Part shown: in pieces, positions 27,884 through 35,999 of the stretch | Position numbering within the stretch: the first letter of the stretch is position 1 | Layout: each line of letters opens with the position of its first letter | From: Pyrinomonadaceae bacterium | Lineage (GTDB): Bacteria; Acidobacteriota; Blastocatellia; Pyrinomonadales; Pyrinomonadaceae | Direction: 5' to 3' | Length of the DNA: 64,000 nt | Assembly (NCBI GenBank): GCA_041751735.1 | Contig: JBGSWW010000156.1 | Coordinates: forward strand, 29,330-93,329 | Notes under the pieces: generated by a model | What the model was told of the DNA's origin: nothing | Databases searched by the model: none | The model's input: only the letters and a program-made list of their open reading frames with translations | Position numbers and translations under genes: made by a program

Positions 27884-29470
27884 TTATACACCAACTTTGG
27901 CCGTAAAATTAATCTCGTTTGCGGAGGATATTTCGGTTCCCAGGCTTTGGATCGAATGAAGCTGGAACTTGTCCGACGGATCAGGGAAATCTGTGCGATA
28001 GTGGCCCCCTCGAGACTCTTCGCGCCACAAGGCTGCCCGGGCTACAAGTTGCGCCAAAGTAACAAAATTTCGAGAAGAAAGGCTTAAATTACTGCTCGCG
28101 ATCTGGTCGAATTCTGTGATGGCCCGAATGAGAGATTCGCGAGTCCGAAGAATCCCGACCCGTTCCCACATCGCGCGTTTGATACGCTTACGGACCGGCG
28201 TTGCCAGGGAAGTTCCGAGTTCCGGGTTCCGGGTCCCAAGTTTGGAGTCCGATGACAAGGATCTTGGAGCCTGGAAATTCGAACTGTCGGCCGCTGCTGC
28301 TGCCCCAGCTCGAGCTCCAAACACGAGGCCCTCGAGAAGGGAATTCGAAGCGAGGCGATTCGCTCCATGAACACCCGTACAAGTTACTTCGCCGGCAGCA
28401 TAAAGTCCGCTAAGAGTGCTGCGGCCCCACAGGTCTGTCCTTATGCCTCCCATACAATAGTGCGATGCCGGCGAGATAGGCAAGAGGTCAGTAGAGATAT
28501 TCAGCCCGTAGATCTTGCATGTTTCATAGATCTTGGGAAATCGTTCTCTAAGATACGCCTCCGACAGCCCGGTCATGTCGAGATAAACGTTTCGAGTGCC
28601 AGTCTGCCTCATTTCCGCAACGATCGATCTCGAAACGATGTCCCTCGGTGCCAACTCGGCTCGCTCATCGTATTTCGGCATAAAGCGTTCGCCGTATTTG
28701 TTTTTAAGTACTCCGCCTTCTCCACGCATAGCCTCGGAAAGAAGAAAGCGGGGCGCTCCCTTCAGATCGAGAGCAGTGGGGTGAAACTGGATAAATTCCA
28801 TATCCGCCATTTCGGCACCGGCAAAATATGCCATGGCCATACCGTCGCCGGTCGCAACCGGAGGATTTGTCGTGTGTAAATATAGTTGCCCTGCTCCGCC
28901 TGTGCACATGATCACCGCTTTGCCAACGATCTCGCGGGGAGCCCGCAAAACGGGATCGAGGAACCGTACACCGATGCAGCGGCCTTCGCGTACAATGAGC
29001 GACTCAGTATTAGCAAAAGGCGTGAGATTGATCGTCCTCTCGCGGCCTGCTCGTGCAATAAGGGCTCTAACGAGCTCAGCGCCCGTCGAGTCGCCGTGTG
29101 CGTGAAGTATACGCCGGCGTGAATGTGCAGCCTCTTGCGTGAAGACCAGTTTGCCGCGCTCGCGGTCAAACTCGGTGCCCCATTCAATGAGTTCTTTTAT
29201 ATAACGGGTGCCTTCTTTGACGAGGATCTCGACAGCCGCAGGATCGCAGATCCCAGCACCGGCAATGAGGGTGTCGCCCTCGTGTAGTTCAGCATCATCG
29301 TCCTCGGACAGGACAACGGCTACACCGCCCTGGGCGTATTCAGTGTTCGATTCACTTGCTTTGTCCTTTGTGAGGACACTAACTGTAGCCCCCGAGGCAG
29401 CCAGCTCGATCGATGCACGGAGGCCCGCGATCCCGCTGCCAATTACGATAAAGTCAGTTTCAAGGGCCAT
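27884..29470 (-). CDS. nadB: L-aspartate oxidase
   Basis: FAD motif DFIVIGSGIAGLRASIELA. Also AQGG, HPTAL, HYCMGGIRTD, GANRLASNSLLEG. Confidence 0.93.
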   Translation of the reverse strand: MALETDFIVIGSGIAGLRASIELAASGATVSVLTKDKASESNTEYAQGGVAVVLSEDDDAELHEGDTLIAGAGICDPAAVEILVKEGTRYIKELIEWGTEFDRERGKLVFTQEAAHSRRRILHAHGDSTGAELVRALIARAGRERTINLTPFANTESLIVREGRCIGVRFLDPVLRAPREIVGKAVIMCTGGAGQLYLHTTNPPVATGDGMAMAYFAGAEMADMEFIQFHPTALDLKGAPRFLLSEAMRGEGGVLKNKYGERFMPKYDERAELAPRDIVSRSIVAEMRQTGTRNVYLDMTGLSEAYLRERFPKIYETCKIYGLNISTDLLPISPASHYCMGGIRTDLWGRSTLSGLYAAGEVTCTGVHGANRLASNSLLEGLVFGARAGAAAAADSSNFQAPRSLSSDSKLGTRNPELGTSLATPVRKRIKRAMWERVGILRTRESLIRAITEFDQIASSNLSLSSRNFVTLAQLVARAALWREESRGGHYRTDFPDPSDKFQLHSIQSLGTEISSANEINFTAKVGV

Positions 29471-29540
29471 TGTTAAGTGAACTTTACCAAAGCCGGACGG
29501 AATTCTAAATAAGGCGTCTCATTTGGTTTTCAAAAATCGC

Positions 29541-29590
29541 TTGACACCTACGAAGAGCTTCGTATATGCTATCTACGAATTGCTTCGTAG
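29541..29590 (+). promoter_or_regulatory. promoter with two palindromic operators upstream of the BlaI-family repressor gene
   Basis: TTGACA at 29541-29546. TATATG/TATGCT around 29563-29570. Operator 1 is TACGAAgagcTTCGTA at 29549-29564. Operator 2 is cTACGAAttgcTTCGTAg at 29573-29590. Confidence 0.6.
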
Positions 29591-29596
29591 GCTACT

Positions 29597-29989
29597 ATGA
29601 CACTCGCACAACCAACGCCAGCGGAACTCGAGATCCTGGATATTCTCTGGGACCGAAAGGAGGCGACCGTTCGTGACGTTTTCGAAGAAATGAGTAAACG
29701 AAAACATGTGACATACACGACGGTTCTAAAGTTTATGCAGATCATGCAGGAAAAAGGGCTCGTTCGCCGCGACGAGTCATCGAAGGCACATATTTATCGG
29801 CCCAGGCAAACACAAGATCAGACGCAGTCGAAATTGGTGAGATCGCTAATCGATAAGGCGTTCAGGGGTTCAGCCCTCGGTCTTGTGCAGCACGTCCTCG
29901 AGGCTAAGCCCACAACTCGCGAGGAACTCGATAAGATCAGACAAATGATCGACGAGGTTGAAAGAAAAGGAGCCGAGGATGGACGCTGA
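29597..29989 (+). CDS. BlaI/MecI/CopY-family transcriptional repressor
   Basis: 130 aa. Winged-helix N-domain (PTPAELEILDILWDRKEATVRDVFEEM...YTTVLKFMQIMQEKGLVRRD). Coiled C-terminal dimerisation region. Confidence 0.88.
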   Translation: MTLAQPTPAELEILDILWDRKEATVRDVFEEMSKRKHVTYTTVLKFMQIMQEKGLVRRDESSKAHIYRPRQTQDQTQSKLVRSLIDKAFRGSALGLVQHVLEAKPTTREELDKIRQMIDEVERKGAEDGR

Positions 29990-32003
29990 AACACTACTAC
30001 AATCAAGCATTGTTATGAATCTTGGCTGGACGCTCGTCCACGCGATATGGCAGATAAGCCTGATCGCAGCCTGTCTCTGGGTATTTTTACGATCCGTAGA
30101 GCGAGCTATGCCGGGCATTCGATACACAGCCTCGGTTCTTGCCTTGACTCTCGCGATTGTGGTGCCCGCCATCACTTTTGTGCAGTTTGCCAGCGTGAAA
30201 GGATCTTCCGGAATCAACGTCTCGAACCCGACAAATAGTTCATCGGAACGGTCGATAGAACAAAGAAATGACGGATGGCGTTTCACGAAACCCTCGCCGG
30301 GCGACCCCGAGTCGGGTAAAGGTGATCAGACGGCTCCTTCAGCCTCCAGCATTGTAGATATCCTCTCGGCTAAAGTGCCGTCCGCATTTCCGATACTTGT
30401 TGGAATATGGTTCGTTGGCGTTCTCATATTTTTGGCTCGCTTCGTAGCGGGATACTGGCAGCTTCGGCAGTTCAGACTAAGGCTGACCCATTCAGCACCA
30501 CCCGGCTGGGACGAAAGGCTGCAAGCATTATGCGACCGGCTCAAGATCGGCCGTCGGGTGCGGCTTGTCTGTTCGGGCCTTGTCGGAACACCTATCGCTA
30601 TCGGCTTGCTGAGGCCGCTGATAATCGTACCCGCCAGCGTCTTTCTGCAGATCACGCCGAGAGAACTCGAGACCATACTTGTCCACGAACTGATCCATAT
30701 CAGGCGCTTTGACGGCGTCGTAAATATTCTTCAAAACATCGCCGAATCGGTTCTCTTTTATCACCCCTGCGTCTGGTGGATATCCTCGCAAGTCCGCCGT
30801 GAAAGGGAGTTTCTCACCGATGCAGATGTTCTGTCGTTCTTCGAGAATTCGAGCGTCGTTTATGCGAAAGCATTGGCAAAACTCGAGGCGTCTCGTTCAT
30901 TTCCCACGCAAACAATACCGCGGACCGCAAACGCAGCAAATGGAGGTCAATTAATGCAAAGGATCGAAAGAATACTAAAAATAAAAACCGAGGTAAACAG
31001 AACCAGTTCAGCTTGGACGGCATGTCTGGTACTTATATTTACCTCGGCACTTCTAACAGGTATATTTTCTGCTTATCCACCCACGCCTGTCAACAGCCAC
31101 GGGCGCCCTGCGTCGAAACAGATCGCTATCGGTTTTGTCTCGATCCCGCCGATCGACAGAACAAAAAACGCTCCAAAAGACGCCGATGCAACGGCAAGGC
31201 TCCTTATACACAAGCTCAAAGAATATAAGGTACCGGCAACGGGCTTTCTTCAGGGAGGGATGGTCTCGGATGGCGAGAATCTGCTCCCGGCCAGGGCCAG
31301 CATTGCCAGTATGTGGATCGACGCCGGTTTCGAGGTCGGCCTGGGAGGGTTCCGGCATATTAGTCTGTATCACACTCCGGTAGCTGAATACATCGCCAAC
31401 CTCGAGAAAAACGAGCGTGTGGCCAAGCGGTTAATTGGCGACATGGGGCTGCCGCCGAGATATTTTAGTTATCCTTACCTGAACACGGGACGATCGGCCG
31501 CGGACCGGGCGAAGGTCGAGTCGTGGCTGTCGAGTAAAGGCTATACATCCGTGAAATACACTTTTGACAACCAGGAGTGGATGTACTCGTGGGCATACGA
31601 CATGGCCCGTACTGACAATGACATTAATACAATGAAAGAGATCCGTGAGGCCTATCTTTCATACATGGAAAAAATGTTGAGTCATTATGAAGCTTATTCG
31701 AAGGATCTATTCGGCCGTGAAATACCTCAAACAATGGTGCTGACGCCGAGCCGCTTGATCACGGACACCGCAGACGAGTTTTTCGGCGGGTTAAAAAGCC
31801 GTGGATATTCGTTTATAAGTGTCGACCAGGCACAAAGCGACAAGGTGTATCAAACGAGTGAAACCTATTACGGCGATGCGGGAGTCTCGTGGTTTGACCG
31901 TTGGTCGATGGCGGCTGAAAGGCGGCTCCGTTCAGAACCGGAAGTGGACGTATCGGTCCAACGGGCTTGGGAAAAACACGGTTCGACTGAAAAGAAAAAA
32001 TAG
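29979..32003 (+). CDS. BlaR1-like M56 metalloprotease signal transducer with C-terminal NodB (polysaccharide deacetylase)-like domain
   Basis: AAGGAG RBS and an ATG at 29979 overlapping the repressor stop. TM helices. Zinc motif VHELIHIRRFD. A further TM (AWTACLVLIFTSALLTGIF). The following roughly 300 aa domain has the NodB fold pattern by eye (see findings). Confidence 0.75.
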   Translation: MDAETLLQSSIVMNLGWTLVHAIWQISLIAACLWVFLRSVERAMPGIRYTASVLALTLAIVVPAITFVQFASVKGSSGINVSNPTNSSSERSIEQRNDGWRFTKPSPGDPESGKGDQTAPSASSIVDILSAKVPSAFPILVGIWFVGVLIFLARFVAGYWQLRQFRLRLTHSAPPGWDERLQALCDRLKIGRRVRLVCSGLVGTPIAIGLLRPLIIVPASVFLQITPRELETILVHELIHIRRFDGVVNILQNIAESVLFYHPCVWWISSQVRREREFLTDADVLSFFENSSVVYAKALAKLEASRSFPTQTIPRTANAANGGQLMQRIERILKIKTEVNRTSSAWTACLVLIFTSALLTGIFSAYPPTPVNSHGRPASKQIAIGFVSIPPIDRTKNAPKDADATARLLIHKLKEYKVPATGFLQGGMVSDGENLLPARASIASMWIDAGFEVGLGGFRHISLYHTPVAEYIANLEKNERVAKRLIGDMGLPPRYFSYPYLNTGRSAADRAKVESWLSSKGYTSVKYTFDNQEWMYSWAYDMARTDNDINTMKEIREAYLSYMEKMLSHYEAYSKDLFGREIPQTMVLTPSRLITDTADEFFGGLKSRGYSFISVDQAQSDKVYQTSETYYGDAGVSWFDRWSMAAERRLRSEPEVDVSVQRAWEKHGSTEKKK

Positions 32004-32051
32004 GTCAGTCGACGGGTCGCGTGTCTCAAAAGGATAGATCAAACAAAAATT

Positions 32052-32094
32052 AGGCACCCTGACAGAATTACGCGCGTAACCTGGCAGGGTGCCT
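32052..32094. terminator. long bidirectional hairpin between convergent genes
   Basis: AGGCACCCTG ... CAGGGTGCCT outer 10-bp stem. Inner palindrome TTACGC/GCGTAA. Confidence 0.55.
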
Positions 32095-32113
32095 TGGCGA
32101 TAACTAAGAACCA

Positions 32114-32488
32114 CTACGGGATCTTCAATTCCTGGCCCGGATAGATCTTATCCGGATCCTTGAGAATGTCCCGGTTAGCATCCCAAATGGCCTTCCACTG
32201 GATACCATACTTACCGCCGATCTTGCTCAGACTGTCGCCGGAAACAACGGTGTATGTATTAGCTCCGCCGCCGGCATCGCCGGAGCCAGTTGAGATATTC
32301 AAGATCAGATCGCTCGATTGGAAATCGGGATCCAGACGCTCGTATTCAGCCCATAGCTGCTGTTTGGCCTCGTCGCTCGGGGCTGTTCCTGTGACATGAA
32401 GAACACCGTCGCCCTCGCTTAATTCGTAGGATGTGCCGTTAGAATTAGCGAGTTCGAGAAGTGATTGATATTTTTCCTGTACTGACAT
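32114..32488 (-). CDS. LysM domain protein (YgaU-like)
   Basis: C-terminal LysM YTVVSGDSLSKIGGKYGIQWKAIWDANRDILKDPDKIYPGQELKIP. Confidence 0.8.
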   Translation of the reverse strand: MSVQEKYQSLLELANSNGTSYELSEGDGVLHVTGTAPSDEAKQQLWAEYERLDPDFQSSDLILNISTGSGDAGGGANTYTVVSGDSLSKIGGKYGIQWKAIWDANRDILKDPDKIYPGQELKIP

Positions 32489-32508
32489 AATTTCTCCTTT
32501 TCTCTCGC

Positions 32509-32988
32509 TTATTTATTGAGATTGTTGATCACTTTTGATGGTTTCGCTTCGTTTGCGGCCATCATGACCTCGGGAACTTTTGCCTTGTCAACGGTTCCGC
32601 TCAGAGTGACTTCACCGTTCGCGACCGTGACGGTCACGCCGGTAATGCCCTTCTTTTTAAGCGACTCGTTGATCGTGCCTTCAAGCATCTTGTCGGGCGA
32701 GACCGGCGGCGGTGTAGGAAGTGGTTTCAGAGTCACTCCCGTACTCGTGACAGACTTTATGCCCTCTACCGATTTGACCGATGCTTCGGCACGGCTCTTT
32801 ACCGTAAGGTCATCAGCTTGGCCGGCGAGTGTTGCGACACCATCTTTGACCGATACTGTGACTCCTGTGATCTTGTCCGCGGTTAACTTGTCCGACGCAG
32901 CTTTTTGCAGGTCGGCATCGCTCTTGCCGCAACCGCTAAGCAGCAGTACAAAAGCAAGAGTCAAAATGGTAAATACTTTAACTTTCAT
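32509..32988 (-). CDS. lipoprotein with two BON domains
   Basis: Lipobox LLLSGC. Two BON-like modules (VKDGVATLAGQA...VKSVEGIKSV and VANGEVTLSGTV). Confidence 0.75.
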   Translation of the reverse strand: MKVKVFTILTLAFVLLLSGCGKSDADLQKAASDKLTADKITGVTVSVKDGVATLAGQADDLTVKSRAEASVKSVEGIKSVTSTGVTLKPLPTPPPVSPDKMLEGTINESLKKKGITGVTVTVANGEVTLSGTVDKAKVPEVMMAANEAKPSKVINNLNK

Positions 32989-33137
32989 GTTTCCTCCAAC
33001 AAATATAATTCTCGATTGTTTTACACGATGAGTTCAATTTAAGACGATCATGACTCGTGACGCCATGACCAAATACTGCACGCGAAATTCTATGATTTGT
33101 ATAGTGATTGAAATTAAGGAGTTTAGCAACAAGAGGA

Positions 33138-33668
33138 TCAGGAGAATATGTCGTCTGCGATCTTTTTTGCTACGTCAAACGATGTGAAATCGGGCCGCAC
33201 GATAACATGCCAATCGGCGAGACAATAGATCTTTTGTCGTTCTTCAAACAGTTTTCGGGCACCTTGCTTATCTCGGGCAAGCGGGCGGTCCTTTCGGGAG
33301 AATGAGATATTTAGCCAGCAGTGCTCAAACGTCGATTCAAGCCAGACACAAGTGAAGCCATGGCGGGCAAGGAGTTCACGATTTTCTGCGAATGTAAACG
33401 TTCCGCCACCGAGCGATAAGATCGCAGCTTCCGATTCGGTCAGGAATCTTTCCAGATACAGAGTTTCGAGCTTTCTATATTGATCGATCCCGTCATTGTC
33501 GATAATTGCGGCGATCTTTCGTTTTTCGTGGGTCTCGATAAAGTGGTCCAGGTCCACTCGTTGAGAACGCAGGATCTGAGAAAGGTGGCGGGAAACACTA
33601 GATTTCCCGACTCCCATAAAGCCAGTGAGAGCGATCCTGATCTTCTTTTTCATTACAATGCCAGACAA
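33138..33668 (-). CDS. aroK: shikimate kinase
   Basis: Walker A LTGFMGVGKSSVSRHL. Small size. Immediately downstream of aroA. Confidence 0.85.
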   Translation of the reverse strand: MSGIVMKKKIRIALTGFMGVGKSSVSRHLSQILRSQRVDLDHFIETHEKRKIAAIIDNDGIDQYRKLETLYLERFLTESEAAILSLGGGTFTFAENRELLARHGFTCVWLESTFEHCWLNISFSRKDRPLARDKQGARKLFEERQKIYCLADWHVIVRPDFTSFDVAKKIADDIFS

Positions 33669-34964
33669 TCACCTTACGACACCTTGCAGTGTTTGAAAAA
33701 ATCCGGGGAATGAAACTTCGGAGCATTCAGCTCCCGCGATCTCAGTTTCTCCATCCGCCAGGAGTCCGGCAATGGCGAAAGCCATAGCGATCCGATGGTC
33801 ACCGTACGATTCCAGCCGAGCCCCTATCAACTGGGAAGGTTTGATATGAAAACCGTCTGCATATTCGGTCACATCAGCCCCCATCAGTTTCAGGTTTCTA
33901 ACGATGGATGAGATACGATCAGATTCTTTATGGCGCAACTCCGACGCATCCCGGACTTCCAGCCCATTCGGCAGCTGGGTTCCGAGGACTGCTAATATCG
34001 GGATCTCATCTATAAGGTTAGGGATTATGGTCCCGTTTATCTGGCTTGGCAGATCATTGCTAGGGTTGCCCAACCCGCCGCGGACCCTGATGGTCGCGAC
34101 CGGTTCATTGCATTCCACACTGGATTCGATTATTTCAACGGCAACGCCCAAATTTTTTAGAACGTCGACGATAGCGGATCTCGTCGTGTTCATGCCGACA
34201 CCCTCGAGAGTTATATCGGCGCCGGGTAAACAAGCGGCTCCAACCATGAAAAACGATCCGGCAGAAAGGTCAGCGGGGACCTTGAGCAAACCGGGAGAGA
34301 CGGGCTGGCCATTGCTTACCGAAATGCGCATCCCATCGCGTTCTTCACGGCCGACACTCATGCCGAACCATTCGAGCATTCGTTCTGTATGGTCTCTTGT
34401 CGGGGCCTTTTCGACGACTGTCGTGACCCCATCCGCGTTAAGACCAGCGAGCAGCACCGCTGATTTGATCTGAGCCGAGGCGATCGGTAACCGATAGTCT
34501 ATTGCCCGTAACGGATCTCGACCCTGAATTTTTAGAGGAGCTTTTCCCTCTGTCGATGTGATCGACGCTCCCATTTCTGTGAGAGGTGCCGTTATACGTT
34601 CCATTGGCCTTGATCTAAGGGAGCTGTCGCCGGTAAGCGTTGAATCGAATTTCTGGCCCGCCAAAATACCCGCAAGCAGCCTGATAGTCGTTCCGCTATT
34701 GCCGCAATCCAATAGTCCTTCAGGACGACTAAGGCCCGAACGCCCGACGCCGGTAACGACCACACTGCCGCTGTCAACTTCGACCGGTACACCCAGATCC
34801 TTTAGACACTGCAACGTTGAAGTGCAATCTGCGCTTGCCGAATAATTGTTGATCCGCGTTTCACCGGTCGCAATGGCGGATATCAGTGCGGCCCGGTGCG
34901 AAATTGATTTATCACCCGGCAGCCGGGGAACCCCTTTCATTGTTAACGCCTTGCGAAGCCTCAT
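33669..34964 (-). CDS. aroA: 3-phosphoshikimate 1-carboxyvinyltransferase (EPSP synthase)
   Basis: LPGDKSISHRAALISA, DCGNSGTTIRLLAG, LR.KESDR, GDHRIAMAFAIAGL. Start set at the internal Met (MRLRKAL); the ORF opens at 35009. Confidence 0.93.
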   Translation of the reverse strand: MRLRKALTMKGVPRLPGDKSISHRAALISAIATGETRINNYSASADCTSTLQCLKDLGVPVEVDSGSVVVTGVGRSGLSRPEGLLDCGNSGTTIRLLAGILAGQKFDSTLTGDSSLRSRPMERITAPLTEMGASITSTEGKAPLKIQGRDPLRAIDYRLPIASAQIKSAVLLAGLNADGVTTVVEKAPTRDHTERMLEWFGMSVGREERDGMRISVSNGQPVSPGLLKVPADLSAGSFFMVGAACLPGADITLEGVGMNTTRSAIVDVLKNLGVAVEIIESSVECNEPVATIRVRGGLGNPSNDLPSQINGTIIPNLIDEIPILAVLGTQLPNGLEVRDASELRHKESDRISSIVRNLKLMGADVTEYADGFHIKPSQLIGARLESYGDHRIAMAFAIAGLLADGETEIAGAECSEVSFPGFFQTLQGVVR

Positions 34965-35044
34965 AATTACAATATTAGACTCAACCTGCGCTCTTTGTCT
35001 TGACAGCAACTGTATTGAACCTATAACTTTACAAAACGCATATT

Positions 35045-35455
35045 GTGTCCAAAACCCATTACATTGAACTTCCGAGCGTGATCGAATCCGTTGAGGAGGC
35101 CGCGATTTCTGCGGACGAATTCGCTAAGAGCCGTGGTTTCGGAGACGAGATCATTTTTGCGGTTGACCTTGCCATCCGGGAATCGGTAGCGAATGCCGTT
35201 AAACACGGTAATCGATTTGATGAAAGTAAGACGGTCCAAATAACGTTTTCGGACATAGACAAGGGTTTGGAGATAAAAGTAAGAGACTTTGGAACAGGAT
35301 TCAAGGTGGAGGACATCCCGGACCCGACCAATCCCGAAAACCTGCTGAAAACCGATGGCCGTGGAATTTTGTTTATGCGCTCCTTTATGGATGAGGTCGA
35401 ATGGTCAAATCCGGACGGCGGCGGCCTGTTAGTTACCATGCTGAAGCATCGATAA
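35045..35455 (+). CDS. RsbW/SpoIIAB-like anti-sigma factor serine kinase (HATPase_c)
   Basis: N box ESVANAVKHGN. G1 box VRDFGTGF. Size 136 aa. GTG start. Confidence 0.8.
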   Translation: MSKTHYIELPSVIESVEEAAISADEFAKSRGFGDEIIFAVDLAIRESVANAVKHGNRFDESKTVQITFSDIDKGLEIKVRDFGTGFKVEDIPDPTNPENLLKTDGRGILFMRSFMDEVEWSNPDGGGLLVTMLKHR

Positions 35456-35539
35456 ATCGTTGAGCAGCGTGGACATTAGCACGCTGGTTGGTCTAAAATC
35501 TGCATTCACAATCAACATACTGAAATTGAGGAGAAAAAA

Positions 35540-35887
35540 ATGGCTGATATTACAATCACTGAACGCCAGGCGGGCGACGTAACCATTCTGGATCTGCAGG
35601 GCAAGGTGACCATCGGCGAAGGCAGTGTTGCTCTTCGCACCACGATACGCCGCCTGCTTGGAGAGGGGAAGAACAAGATCCTGCTTAACCTCGGTGGGGT
35701 CGGCTACATCGACTCCAGCGGCATCGGCGAACTCGTCTCCAGCTTTACCGCTGTTAAGAAAGAGGGCGGAGTGCTAAAGCTCTTGAGCCTTACTCAAAAG
35801 ATCCAGGACCTTCTTGCGATCACGAAATTGCTGACAGTCTTCGATACCTATGATGACGAGGCGTCGGCGTTGAGCAGCTATAATTAA
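35540..35887 (+). CDS. STAS-domain anti-sigma-factor antagonist (RsbV/SpoIIAA-like)
   Basis: 115 aa. Conserved phosphorylatable-serine motif [11 protein letters not shown]. Confidence 0.88.
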   Translation: MADITITERQAGDVTILDLQGKVTIGEGSVALRTTIRRLLGEGKNKILLNLGGVGYIDSSGIGELVSSFTAVKKEGGVLKLLSLTQKIQDLLAITKLLTVFDTYDDEASALSSYN

Positions 35888-35914
35888 GCTGAGCGGCAGG
35901 AAACAGAAGAATAG

Positions 35915-35951
35915 GGATAAAGGAATGTTTTAGTCCTTTATCCTTCTTTTT
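35915..35951 (+). terminator. rho-independent terminator
   Basis: 10-bp stem GGATAAAGGA / TCCTTTATCC with a 9-nt loop, followed by TTCTTTTT. Confidence 0.8.
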
Positions 35952-35999
35952 GTCTTGGATTAAGTACATCTTTCTGGTTCCTTCACTCATCTTTTCAAA

